Shown: positions 19,116 through 28,345 of the stretch, one piece after another
Layout of the letters: every line of letters begins with the position of its first letter
Position numbering within the stretch: position 1 is the stretch's first letter
NCBI GenBank assembly: GCA_965204725.1
Contig: OZ242005.1
Span: 1,952,001-2,016,000, forward strand
Origin: Candidatus Latescibacterota bacterium
GTDB taxonomy: Bacteria > Latescibacterota > UBA2968 > UBA8231
DNA: 64,000 bases
Direction: 5' to 3'
Program-made: the position numbers and the translations under genes
The notes under the pieces: model-generated
Database searches by the model: none
Seen by the model: the letters and a program-made list of their open reading frames with translations, nothing else
What the model was told of the DNA's origin: nothing

Positions 19116-20587
19116 AGCGGCTGTCCTTCTCGGGCGCGCAAATCCCGCAACACGCGGCGCGCCACTTCGCGGTCGTCAAAGGCCACGACGCGGTCGGCTA
19201 GTTCCTGCTCCTGTTCGTGCCCCTTACCGGCAATGACCACGACGTCGCCGCGCTGCGCTGCGGCGAGGGCTGTGGCAATGGCTTGGGCGCGATCTACTTC
19301 GCGGTGGACCGCACTGGGGTCGGGCGCGCCCGCGGCCATCTCGTCCATGATGCGCTGCGGGTCCTCGCTGCGCGGGTTGTCCGCAGTCAAGACCGTCCAA
19401 TCGGCCTGCTCTCCAGCGACGCGGCCCATGAGCATCCGCTTGCCGCGGTCGCGGTCCCCGCCGCAACCGCAGACGCAGATCAAGCGACCGCTTCCCAAGC
19501 CCCGGGCAGCGTGCAAAACCCTTTCCAGCGCATCCGGGGTGTGGGCGTAATCCACGACGACCGCAAAGTCCTGCCCCTCAGAGATCGGCTCGCAACGACC
19601 CGGGACGCGCTCCAGTGCGGCCACGCCGCGGCGCAGCGCGTCGGCATCCAAATTTAGCGCCAACCCCGTGGCCACCACGGCCATCGTATTGTAGTAGTTG
19701 AAGTGGCCGAGCAAATGCGTCTGTACCTCCATGGGGCCGGCTGGGGTATCCAAATACAGGTGCGTCCCCTGCGGGCCACGGTCTGCGCGTTGTAAGCGCA
19801 CCTCGGCTTCGGGGCCACAGCCGTACGTCACGACGCGGACTTGGGTCCTACGAGCTAATTCGTCGGCGTGGGCATCGTCGGCGTTGAGCACCGCAATCGC
19901 GCCTTCTTGCAGCCCCTCAAAAAGCCGAGCTTTGGCCGCAAAGTACGCCTCCCAAGTCCCGTGAAAATCCAAGTGATCGCGCGTCAAATTGGTAAAAATT
20001 GCCACTTGAAAGGGAATGCCCTCCACCCGCTTTAAGGCCAGCCCATGGGAGGACACCTCTAGCACGGCGACCCGCTTGCCGGCATGGACGAGCCGACGCA
20101 GTAAGCCGTGTAGCTGGACGGCCTCGGGCGTCGTATTATCCATCTTTTCCAATTCGCCATCGCACCAAAACCCCAAGGTCCCCAAATACCCGCACGGCAG
20201 GCCAGCGGCTTCGAGGGCACTCCTGAGTAGGAAGGCAGTAGTGGTCTTGCCGTTGGTGCCGGTGACGCCGACGTTGACAAGCGCGCGGCCGGGAAAGGCG
20301 TAAAAGCGCGCGGCCATGCGGGCCAGCGCGGCCCGGCAGTCTGCCACCTGTACCTGCGTGACTCCCGTGCAATCAATCCGCTCCTCCACCATCACGGCGC
20401 GGGCGCCGCGGGCGATGGCATGATCGACAAAACGGTGCCGATCTTGCTCCTGTCCCCCGCGCACGGCCACAAAAAAGTCGCCTTCCTCCACGCAGCGCGA
20501 ATCGCAACGGATTTGCCCTAGGTCAATATCTGGGTCGCCCTTCACGCAGGCGTCGGGCAGGTCTTCGAGCAGGTATTTGAGTTCCAT
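19103..20587 (-). CDS. murE: UDP-MurNAc-dipeptide--meso-DAP ligase
   Basis: GTNGKTTT, EVSSHGL, DHLDFH, DYAHTPD, DNPR (DAP-specific), AGKGHE. Confidence 0.95.
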   Translation of the reverse strand: MELKYLLEDLPDACVKGDPDIDLGQIRCDSRCVEEGDFFVAVRGGQEQDRHRFVDHAIARGARAVMVEERIDCTGVTQVQVADCRAALARMAARFYAFPGRALVNVGVTGTNGKTTTAFLLRSALEAAGLPCGYLGTLGFWCDGELEKMDNTTPEAVQLHGLLRRLVHAGKRVAVLEVSSHGLALKRVEGIPFQVAIFTNLTRDHLDFHGTWEAYFAAKARLFEGLQEGAIAVLNADDAHADELARRTQVRVVTYGCGPEAEVRLQRADRGPQGTHLYLDTPAGPMEVQTHLLGHFNYYNTMAVVATGLALNLDADALRRGVAALERVPGRCEPISEGQDFAVVVDYAHTPDALERVLHAARGLGSGRLICVCGCGGDRDRGKRMLMGRVAGEQADWTVLTADNPRSEDPQRIMDEMAAGAPDPSAVHREVDRAQAIATALAAAQRGDVVVIAGKGHEQEQELADRVVAFDDREVARRVLRDLRAREGQPLCAP

Positions 20588-22351
20588 CTAAATCCGACCC
20601 GGCGCGGATGGTTGATTGCGGACTAAGGCGACCGGCCCTTCTTGCTGCAAATGCTGGGCCGCAGGCTCAACCAACAAGCCGCCGGGCTGCGTGATGATCC
20701 GCTTCATCACGCGCTGGAAGGCCGGAGCCGCCACGTATCCTCCCCACCCGTTTACGCGGGGGTTTTCGACCATGATCACGCACACGTACTGGGGATCGTC
20801 GGTCGGCAGGAAGCCGACAAACGAGGCGATGCTGGCGTTGGGGTCGTAGCCGCTGCCACCGACTACGGCGCGCTGGGCCGTGCCCGTCTTGCCGGCCACG
20901 CCCATGCCCTTGATGCGGGCCTTTTGCCCGGTGCCCTTTTCCACGACTCCCGTCAGCACCTCGGCCAGCGTCGCCGCCGTCTTCCGACTCACGACCCGGC
21001 GGACCGATTGGGGGCTGCCGCGACTTTTGAACTGACCGTCCGCGTCAATCGTCCCGGCGACGATCCGCGGGGCCATCAGGACGCCGCCGTTGGCAATGGC
21101 GCCGTACGCCATGGCGAGTTGCAGGGCGGTCACCCCGATTTCCTGCCCGATGGCAATGGTCGCCAGCGAGCGCTTGGACCACTGATCGACTTCCTGCAAC
21201 AGACCGGGCGTTTCCGCCGGCAGGTCAATGCCGGTGCGAATGGCAAAGCCAAAGTTGCGGATGTGCTCGTAAAAGCGGTGCCGCGACAGCCGCTGCGCCA
21301 ACTTGATGGTGCCGATGTTGCTCGACTTTTCCAAAACCTGCGCAAAGAGCAAATCGCCGCAGGGCTGGACGTCGCGGATGAGGTCCCCGTTGGCCAACCG
21401 GAACGTCCCCCACTCGCAAAAGATGCGGTCTTGCAGGCTGGTTATCCCGTCTTCAAGGACGGAAGCGGCCGCGATGACTTTGAAGGTCGAACCGGGTTCG
21501 TACACGTCGGTTATCGCGCGGTTGCGCCTGAGTTCGGGCGATGAGCGGGACGCCTTATTGGGGTCGAAAAGCGGCAAGTTGGCCATGGCCAACACCTCGC
21601 CGCTGCGCGGGGCGACGATGACGCCCAAAGCACCTTGGGCCTTTGAGCCATCGATGGCTCGTTGCAGCTCTTCCTCGAGAATATCCTGATAGACGGCGTC
21701 TAGGGTCAGCACTAAGTCGCGGCCGTGCTCTGGCTCCTCGCGGCGCTGCTGCCGCCCGGGCACCTGCTTGCCCCGCGCATCGACGTATCCGAGTATCGAG
21801 CCGTTCTTTTCGCGCAGCATGTCGTCAAAGGCCCGCTCAATCCCCTCGCGGCCGCTGTTGTCGATGTTGGTGTGCCCGATGAGTTGACCGGCCAGCGACC
21901 CCAAGGGGTACTCGCGGCGGGTCTCCGGGTGTTGGAACACACCGGCGTACGCGACCTCGCCCATATCTTCATCCACGACTTGGCGCGCCAAATAGACAAA
22001 CTGCTTGTCCCCGCGCAACTGGCGCTCAATGGACTCGGCCCGTTTATCGCTCAGCGGCGCGAAGTACGCGGCCACGCGCTTGGGGTCCTCAATCTGCTCG
22101 GGATGGGCGTAAAACGACGTGGCTTGGACATCTACGGCCAAGTTGTTGCCGCGCCGATCGACAATTCGGCCCCGACTCGCTTTCAACTCAACGCGGTGTA
22201 GGTACTGCTCAATAGCCTTGGTGCTGTAGGCCTCGTGCCGGACGATCTGGATTTGAACGAGGCGTCCCGACAAACCCAACCACGCCATCGCGCCCAAGAC
22301 CGCGATCCAACGCAGCCGATTAACGCCCGTATGTTGCACCCGTGGCCCCAT
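20588..22351 (-). CDS. ftsI: class B penicillin-binding protein (PBP3/FtsI)
   Basis: RGRIVDR, EPGSTFK (SxxK), KSSNIG (SxN), KTGT; TGATG overlap with ftsL. Confidence 0.93.
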   Translation of the reverse strand: MGPRVQHTGVNRLRWIAVLGAMAWLGLSGRLVQIQIVRHEAYSTKAIEQYLHRVELKASRGRIVDRRGNNLAVDVQATSFYAHPEQIEDPKRVAAYFAPLSDKRAESIERQLRGDKQFVYLARQVVDEDMGEVAYAGVFQHPETRREYPLGSLAGQLIGHTNIDNSGREGIERAFDDMLREKNGSILGYVDARGKQVPGRQQRREEPEHGRDLVLTLDAVYQDILEEELQRAIDGSKAQGALGVIVAPRSGEVLAMANLPLFDPNKASRSSPELRRNRAITDVYEPGSTFKVIAAASVLEDGITSLQDRIFCEWGTFRLANGDLIRDVQPCGDLLFAQVLEKSSNIGTIKLAQRLSRHRFYEHIRNFGFAIRTGIDLPAETPGLLQEVDQWSKRSLATIAIGQEIGVTALQLAMAYGAIANGGVLMAPRIVAGTIDADGQFKSRGSPQSVRRVVSRKTAATLAEVLTGVVEKGTGQKARIKGMGVAGKTGTAQRAVVGGSGYDPNASIASFVGFLPTDDPQYVCVIMVENPRVNGWGGYVAAPAFQRVMKRIITQPGGLLVEPAAQHLQQEGPVALVRNQPSAPGRI

Positions 22352-22650
22352 CAATCGCCTTCCCAATGCGCCAAGGCACCACTCATTCTAGGGGTAACTT
22401 CTGCGGGATAAATCATCCCGAGCTGGCCGAGCGCGACTTTCTCGACAAAGCCGGAGTTTTTCTGCACCAAGATGGCGGTTAATAGCTTGGCGCGCTCCCT
22501 ATCGAGCTCGACTATTTGCGTCTCAGCCGTGGTGATGCCGCCGACCACTCGGGCCATTTCGACCTTTTGCCAGACGTGGAAGAGGGCCGCCCCGGCCAGC
22601 ATACCTATGAGGAGTACGCACTTCGCACAGGAAACTCCGCCTCTGCTCAT
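22351..22650 (-). CDS. ftsL: cell division protein FtsL-like
   Basis: 99 aa with TM plus coiled coil, VEKVALGQLGM; between rsmH and ftsI. Confidence 0.75.
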   Translation of the reverse strand: MSRGGVSCAKCVLLIGMLAGAALFHVWQKVEMARVVGGITTAETQIVELDRERAKLLTAILVQKNSGFVEKVALGQLGMIYPAEVTPRMSGALAHWEGD

Positions 22651-22651
22651 G

Positions 22652-23578
22652 TCAGCTTACCTCGGTTTTTTCGTAGATTCTCAAAACGGCGCTGCGCGCC
22701 CGAGTGTTTTGCTCGACCTCGGCCTCGCTCGCCCGCTGCAACTTGGCCCCCACTCGCTTGAACGAGGGCTTGCGTCCGCAGGTGCAAACGGGCATGCGCG
22801 GCGGACAAGTACAGCCGCGTACCAGCGCCGCGAAATGCTGCTTGACTACCCGATCCTCCAAAGAGTGATACGCCACGACGGCCAGCCGACCACCGGGCTG
22901 CAACTCCGCCTCTACGGCCGTCAACCCCCCCTGCAACTGCCCCAACTCGTCGTTGACGGCAATGCGCAGGGCTTGGAACACGCGCGCCAGCGTCTTGTTG
23001 AGCCGCTGGGGCCGCGTGGCGGCTACGGCCTGCCGCAAAGCCTGCGTAGTGGTCAAGGGACCGAGCCGCTGCTGCCGGCCGATGGAGCGCGCGATGCGCC
23101 GCGCCGCCCGCTCTTCCCCGTAGCGCGCAATCAGATCGGCTAATTCGGCCTCGCTGTGCGCCGCGATCCATTCGGCGGCTGTGGGGCCAACTTCCGCATC
23201 CATCCGCATGTCGAGGGGGCCGTCGGCCCGATAGCTGAACCCCCGGGCCGGGGCGTCGAGCTGATGCGAGGAAACCCCTAAGTCGAACAGGACACCGCTC
23301 AACGGCCCGATTCCCGTCTGCGCCAGCAATCCGCTCAATTCGGCAAAGCAGCCGCGCCGCACGACCGCCCGCGCATCCGCCGCCAACCTCGCTCGCGCGG
23401 CCGCTACGGCTTCCCCATCCCGATCCACGGCGAGCAGCCGCCCCTTGGGACCGAGGGCCTGAAGCAAGGCCCCACTGTGGCCGCCGCCGCCGGCCGTCGC
23501 ATCTACGTACACGCCATCCGGGTCGGTGACCAACCCCGCGACCACTTCCGCGACCATGACTGGGACGTGATATGCCAT
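22652..23578 (-). CDS. rsmH: 16S rRNA m4C1402 methyltransferase
   Basis: HVPVM, DATAGGGGHS, DLGVSSHQLD, GPLDMRM, FQALRIAVN, HSLEDR. Confidence 0.97.
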   Translation of the reverse strand: MAYHVPVMVAEVVAGLVTDPDGVYVDATAGGGGHSGALLQALGPKGRLLAVDRDGEAVAAARARLAADARAVVRRGCFAELSGLLAQTGIGPLSGVLFDLGVSSHQLDAPARGFSYRADGPLDMRMDAEVGPTAAEWIAAHSEAELADLIARYGEERAARRIARSIGRQQRLGPLTTTQALRQAVAATRPQRLNKTLARVFQALRIAVNDELGQLQGGLTAVEAELQPGGRLAVVAYHSLEDRVVKQHFAALVRGCTCPPRMPVCTCGRKPSFKRVGAKLQRASEAEVEQNTRARSAVLRIYEKTEVS

Positions 23579-23597
23579 GTTTCGGATTCATAGCTCG

Positions 23598-24041
23598 TTA
23601 TAGCTCTATATCAAATTCGGCCAAGGTATCGGCCAAGTCTTCGAGCGGTGGAAATTCCTCGCTGTTTTCTGGACTCCAAAACTCCAACTTATCCAATGCC
23701 CCGATGATCACCATCTGATCGGTAATGCCGGCCTTCGCTAGGATCTGGCGCGGAATACTGACCCGGCCCTGTCGATCCATTTTGATTTCGGCTGAGTACG
23801 AAAGTTTCCAGCGAATGTAGTCCCGCACCTTGCGATTGTTGTTCCGCAACTGGCGCAGCTGGGCGGCTTTCTCTTCCCAGATGTGCTGGGGATAAGCCTC
23901 TAGGCAACCGTCAAAATCCCGCATCACCACGAAGGTGTCGTCGGATTCTAGCGGCAGTTTTTTGCGGAACTCGGCCGGCACAAAAATCCGCCCCTTGTCG
24001 TCGACAGGAACCTCGTGCCTACCCGTGAAAAACTGTGCCAT
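23598..24041 (-). CDS. mraZ: division/cell wall cluster repressor MraZ
   Basis: Two DxxGR motifs (DDKGRI, DRQGRV); first gene of the dcw cluster. Confidence 0.95.
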   Translation of the reverse strand: MAQFFTGRHEVPVDDKGRIFVPAEFRKKLPLESDDTFVVMRDFDGCLEAYPQHIWEEKAAQLRQLRNNNRKVRDYIRWKLSYSAEIKMDRQGRVSIPRQILAKAGITDQMVIIGALDKLEFWSPENSEEFPPLEDLADTLAEFDIEL

Positions 24042-24070
24042 TTAATGCCCGCGCTCAGTGTAAAATCTCC

Positions 24071-24135
24071 GTTCCACCACTTTCCACCACTTTCCACCAC
24101 GCCCCAAAATACACCTACATTAACGGGGCTGTCAA
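24071..24135 (-). promoter_or_regulatory. dcw promoter with MraZ operator repeats
   Basis: Minus strand TTGACA (24135-24130)-N18-TATTTT, then three 10-bp-phased repeats GTGGTGGAAA/C (24071-24100) matching the GTGG-N6 periodic MraZ boxes. Confidence 0.75.
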
Positions 24136-24337
24136 GCACATTTTTTTCATATTTTTCAAAGAGATAGGGCCGTTTCAAAGGCCGAGCACACTAATTTGTG
24201 CAATAATCACACTTATTTGTGTGTAAGCGACCTACGGCTCGCTCTCTTTAATCCTCGTCTCGGCTGTCATATTGACACAGAAAAAGGGGGAGCCAGCGCG
24301 TGGTCCACCCCCCTCTTTGTACGCTCGACGGGTTTCT

Positions 24338-24940
24338 TTACGCCGACATCTTCTCCACGACCCGGCGGTAAATCGGCTTGCCTTGGGCTAGGAATTTGTC
24401 CTCGTAATTCGTCCGCGCCCCCAACCACTCTACATCCGCCTCGACCAAGCACGAGCTGGTGGCCAACGCGGCGAGCATGACGTCGAAGTAGTCGGCGTAA
24501 TCCGTGGCTAGCCACAACTGGCCGCCCACGCACAACGTGCGCTCGACTTCGCGCAGAAACTCCTCGTTAAAGAGCCGCCGCTTGTGGTGCCGCTTCTTGG
24601 GCCAAGGATCGGGAAAGTAGATGTGATAGGCCCGCACCGATGCAGCGGCCACGAAGAATTCGACGAATTCCCGCGCATCCACGTGCGCGAACCGCACGTT
24701 GCCGAGATTGCGGCGCACGGCGCGCTGGCGGGCAATGCGCACGTATTTAGCCGCCCATTCGATCCCGACGAAATTCACTGCGGGCTGGCGGCTAGCGGCG
24801 TCGATGATAAAGCGCCCTTTGCCAATGCCGATTTCGACTTCCACCGGCTGGTCGTTGCCAAAAACCGCCCGCCAATCCAACGTCGGATCTTGGTCTGGGT
24901 TGTCCGGTAATACCAAAAAACCCGCCCCGGTCTGCTCCAT
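24338..24940 (-). CDS. trmB: tRNA (guanine-N7)-methyltransferase
   Basis: VEIGIGKG, FPDPWPKKRHHKRR, LATD, TNYEDK; SD GGAG. Confidence 0.95.
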   Translation of the reverse strand: MEQTGAGFLVLPDNPDQDPTLDWRAVFGNDQPVEVEIGIGKGRFIIDAASRQPAVNFVGIEWAAKYVRIARQRAVRRNLGNVRFAHVDAREFVEFFVAAASVRAYHIYFPDPWPKKRHHKRRLFNEEFLREVERTLCVGGQLWLATDYADYFDVMLAALATSSCLVEADVEWLGARTNYEDKFLAQGKPIYRRVVEKMSA

Positions 24941-25007
24941 CAAATTCTCCCCAAAGAAAAGGCGCTCCCCGGAGGGAGCGCCGGACCAGCAACGCTGCGA
25001 ATCGGGA

Positions 25008-26195
25008 CTAACCAGCGGCCTCGCTATGCGAGGGCAGACCGCAAAACTGCTCGTAATCAATCAACTCGGTGACGGTTGGGCTATCGCCACACACCGGGCA
25101 CTCGCAGTCGCGCCGGAGCTTGAGTTCGCGGAATTTCATCTCCAGCGCGTCGTAGAGCACCACTCGCCCCACCAAGGAGGTGCCCTGCCCCAACAGCAGC
25201 TTGACAACCTCGGTGGCTTGCACGAGCCCGATGATGCCGGGCAAGACCCCTAAGACCCCCCCCTCGGCGCAGCTCGGCACCTCCCCGGGCGGCGGCGGCT
25301 CGGGATAGAGGCAGCGATAGCACGGGCCGTCCCCGGGCACGTACACGGTGGCTTGGCCCTCAAAGCGAAAAATGCTGCCGTCAACCACGGGCTTGTTCTG
25401 CATTACAGCCGCGTCGTTGACCAAATAGCGGGTCGGGAAGTTGTCGCAGCCATTAACCACGATGTCGTAGCCATCCAGGACCGCAAAGATATTGTGCGAA
25501 GTCAGCAGCTCGTAGTGCGGGTGGATCTCAATGCCGGGGTTGATGTCGAGCAACCGGTCGCGGGCGGCCTCGACCTTGGGCCGGCCGAGATCGGACTCCC
25601 CGAAAAGCACTTGCCGCTGCAAGTTGCTCTTATCGACGACATCGGCATCTACCAAGCCGATTTTGCCGACGCCGGCCGCAGCCAAGTACAGAGCCGTCGG
25701 GCACCCCAAGCCGCCCGCCCCGACCAGCAACACCCGGCCCTTGAGCAACTGCTGCTGCCCCTTCTCACCGACCTCGGGCAGTATGAGATGCCGGGCGTAG
25801 CGCTGGGAATCCTCTGCGGAAAGCAGGCCGCCTTGCTCAATGGCATAGCCAGCGTCCTTCCAGCCTTTGAAGCCGCCGATCATGGACTTGGCATTGGTGT
25901 AGCCCATAAAGGCCAAATCGCGCACCGCCAAGGCCGAGCGGTTGCCCCCGGCGCAATAGAGCACAATTTCCGCGTCGCGATCTACGGTCACGTCTTCTTC
26001 GACGTTGAGCTCCAAAAAACCGCGGGGTATCAACTCGGCCCCGGGGATATAACCGTCCATAACCTCTTCCCGCTCGCGCACATCCACGATGTGCAGCGGG
26101 CGACCGGCTTGGCGGGCCGCTTGGACCGCAGCCGGGGTCACTTCGGCAATCTCGGCCTTTACATGCTCTAGTAGCTGATTGGATGTAACAGTCAT
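25008..26195 (-). CDS. moeB: rhodanese-ThiF/MoeB fusion adenylyltransferase (MoeZ-like, N-terminal rhodanese)
   Basis: N-terminal DVRE...YCAGGNRS rhodanese loop; RYARH, GAGGLG, SNLQRQ, CYRC and CPVC zinc motifs. Confidence 0.88.
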   Translation of the reverse strand: MTVTSNQLLEHVKAEIAEVTPAAVQAARQAGRPLHIVDVREREEVMDGYIPGAELIPRGFLELNVEEDVTVDRDAEIVLYCAGGNRSALAVRDLAFMGYTNAKSMIGGFKGWKDAGYAIEQGGLLSAEDSQRYARHLILPEVGEKGQQQLLKGRVLLVGAGGLGCPTALYLAAAGVGKIGLVDADVVDKSNLQRQVLFGESDLGRPKVEAARDRLLDINPGIEIHPHYELLTSHNIFAVLDGYDIVVNGCDNFPTRYLVNDAAVMQNKPVVDGSIFRFEGQATVYVPGDGPCYRCLYPEPPPPGEVPSCAEGGVLGVLPGIIGLVQATEVVKLLLGQGTSLVGRVVLYDALEMKFRELKLRRDCECPVCGDSPTVTELIDYEQFCGLPSHSEAAG

Positions 26196-27364
26196 GCGAT
26201 CTCCTCGATTGCTAATGCACCCGCACGCAAGCGCTCGACCTGCGCGACCGTGCAGTCAATGACAAACTCCACTTCTTCCATCGTATTAAAACGCCCCAGC
26301 CCAAAGCGCAGGGAAGCCCGCGCCAAATCATCGCTTGCGCCGATGGCTTTGAGGACGTGCGAGGGCGCGCTCGCCCGAGACGAACAGGCCGCGCCCGAAG
26401 ACAGCGCGACTGCGCGCAATCCCAACAGCAGTTCGGTTCCGTCCACCCCGGGGAAGCTCACGTTGAGGTTGCCCGGCAAGCGCTCGTCCGCATGGCCGTT
26501 GACGACCAAGGAACCGAGCGCGGCCTCTAGCCCGGCGCGGAGCCGCCGCCGCATCTGTCCCAGCCGCGCCGCTTCCGCCGGCATCTCTTCGCGCCCCAAC
26601 TGACAGGCGCGCCCTAAACCGACGATCCCCGGGACATTGAGGGTGCCGCCGCGCAGGCCGCGCTCCTGCCCGCCGCCCTCAACTTGGGCCTGCAAGCGCA
26701 CACGCGGCTTGCGCGAGCGCACGTAGAGAAAGCCGACGCCCTTGGGAGCGTAGAGCTTGTGGCCGGAAGCCGAGAGCAGGTCGATGCCGAGTGCTTCTAC
26801 ATCGAGGGGCACCTTGCCGACGGCTTGGGCTGCATCGCAGTGCCACAAGACGCCGCGTTCGCGGGCCAGCCGCCCAATGGCCTCCAGCGGTTGCAAGACC
26901 CCAATCTCGTTGTTGGCGGCCATCAGCGAGATGAGGACCGTCCGCTGCGTGATGGCCGCTGCGAGTTGGTCGAGGTCAATTTGGCCGCGGCGGTCCACGG
27001 GTAGATACGTGACCTCCACTCCGTGCTGCTCCAAGGTGTGGCAACATGCCAAGACGGCCTTGTGCTCAATGGCACAGGTGACGATGTGCGCCCCTCGGAA
27101 CGCCGTCTGGACCGCGCCTTTTATGGCCAAATTGTTGGCCTCGGTAGCGCCGGCCGTAAAGACTATTTCCTGAGCGCGCGCCCCGATCAGCCGGGCGACC
27201 TCTCCCCGCGCCTGCTCAACGGCATCGGCCGCGGCCACCCCAAAGGCGTGGGTCTTGCTGGCCGCATTGCCGAAATGGGTGCCGAAGTACGGCAACATAT
27301 CCGCCAAGACCCGCGGGTCAACCGGCGTGGTCGCCATGTTGTCCATATAGACGGGGATTTGCAC
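26192..27364 (-). CDS. iscS: cysteine desulfurase (IscS/NifS type)
   Basis: YMDNMATTP, GATEANN, EHKAVL, SGHKLYAPKG, SSGAACSS; GTG start. Confidence 0.92.
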   Translation of the reverse strand: MQIPVYMDNMATTPVDPRVLADMLPYFGTHFGNAASKTHAFGVAAADAVEQARGEVARLIGARAQEIVFTAGATEANNLAIKGAVQTAFRGAHIVTCAIEHKAVLACCHTLEQHGVEVTYLPVDRRGQIDLDQLAAAITQRTVLISLMAANNEIGVLQPLEAIGRLARERGVLWHCDAAQAVGKVPLDVEALGIDLLSASGHKLYAPKGVGFLYVRSRKPRVRLQAQVEGGGQERGLRGGTLNVPGIVGLGRACQLGREEMPAEAARLGQMRRRLRAGLEAALGSLVVNGHADERLPGNLNVSFPGVDGTELLLGLRAVALSSGAACSSRASAPSHVLKAIGASDDLARASLRFGLGRFNTMEEVEFVIDCTVAQVERLRAGALAIEEIA

Positions 27365-27374
27365 TGCTCGTCGC

Positions 27375-27698
27375 TCAGGCGCTGAAGGACTCACCGCAGC
27401 CGCAGGTGGTGCGGGCGTTGGGATTTTCAATCTTAAAGCCCGCCCCCATCAGCCCGTCGTGGTAGTCGAGCGTCACGCCGTTGAGGTAGAGGCTGCTCTT
27501 CATGTCGATGAAAACTTTGACGCCGGCGATTTCAAAGACGTGGTCTAGGTCGCCGGCCCTTTCCTCAAAATCGAGCTTGTACTGGAACCCCGAACACCCG
27601 CCCCCCATCACGCCGAGGCGCAGCCCGTGCCCTTGGTTGCCCTGTTCGCCGAGCAAGTTCTTGATCTTCTCGGCTGCCGCTTCCGTTATAATTACCAT
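27375..27698 (-). CDS. iscA: A-type Fe-S carrier (IscA/ErpA)
   Basis: GGGCSGFQY and TCGCGESF motifs. Confidence 0.9.
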   Translation of the reverse strand: MVIITEAAAEKIKNLLGEQGNQGHGLRLGVMGGGCSGFQYKLDFEERAGDLDHVFEIAGVKVFIDMKSSLYLNGVTLDYHDGLMGAGFKIENPNARTTCGCGESFSA

Positions 27699-27713
27699 AG
27701 CATTCGTATCCCC

Positions 27714-28175
27714 TCAAGATTCGTAAATGGCGCATTCGATGAGGTCGGGCACCTCGTCGTGCTGCCGATACACCTCGCAGCGGTGGCAATCCCGCTCAAC
27801 GACCTTGACCGTGCAGCAAAAACAGCCACTGAGAATTTCAATCGCCCGCCGGTTCCGCTCCTTCATAAGCGAATACTGGCGAATGCGCTCGTCGATCCGC
27901 CGCTCTTGCTCGCTGAGGTGTTCGACGAGTACGCGCGCCAAGCCGCCCCCGGATTCGCTGCGGTCTTTCAGGTGGAAGAACGCGCGAATGTGCTCCAACC
28001 CGAACCCTAGCTCCTTGAGGCTCTGGACGATTTGCAAGCGGCGCAACTGCGCTTCCGAGTACAGGCGAAATCCGCCGGTGCTGCGCTCCTCGGGCTCGAC
28101 GATCCCCAATTCTTCATAGTAGCGAATCGTGCGCGGCGTGACCCCGGCCTTGGCGGCCAAATCCCCTATTTGCAT
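27714..28175 (-). CDS. MerR family transcriptional regulator with Cys-rich C-terminus
   Basis: MQIGDLAAKAGVTPRTIRYYEELG HTH; C-terminal CFCC...CHRC...C. Confidence 0.9.
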   Translation of the reverse strand: MQIGDLAAKAGVTPRTIRYYEELGIVEPEERSTGGFRLYSEAQLRRLQIVQSLKELGFGLEHIRAFFHLKDRSESGGGLARVLVEHLSEQERRIDERIRQYSLMKERNRRAIEILSGCFCCTVKVVERDCHRCEVYRQHDEVPDLIECAIYES

Positions 28176-28206
28176 GGAGGCACCCTTCCATTCCATCCTT
28201 CGCTGC

Positions 28207-28235
28207 AATGTACTTGACGTAAACGTGAGTGTCAA
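28207..28235 (-). promoter_or_regulatory. sigma70 promoter with MerR-type dyad operator
   Basis: Minus strand TTGACA-N17-TACATT; the spacer holds ACGT-TT-ACGT within a TTGAC...GTCAA palindrome. Confidence 0.75.
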
Positions 28236-28248
28236 CGAACCGACCTTA

Positions 28249-28345
28249 GAAGCTGTCTGAAAACTCTGGTGGTCGTCTTTTATGTCTAAACGATACCGGC
28301 TGGATTCCCGCTTTCGCGGGAATGACGGATCCTTCAGACAGCCTC
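28249..28345. mobile_element. 97-bp MITE-like element containing a REP palindrome
   Basis: TIRs GAAGCTGTCTGAA / TTCAGACAGCCTC (one mismatch), flanked by TTA on both sides (28246-48, 28346-48); internal GGATTCCCGCTTTCGCGGGAATGAC. Confidence 0.65.
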
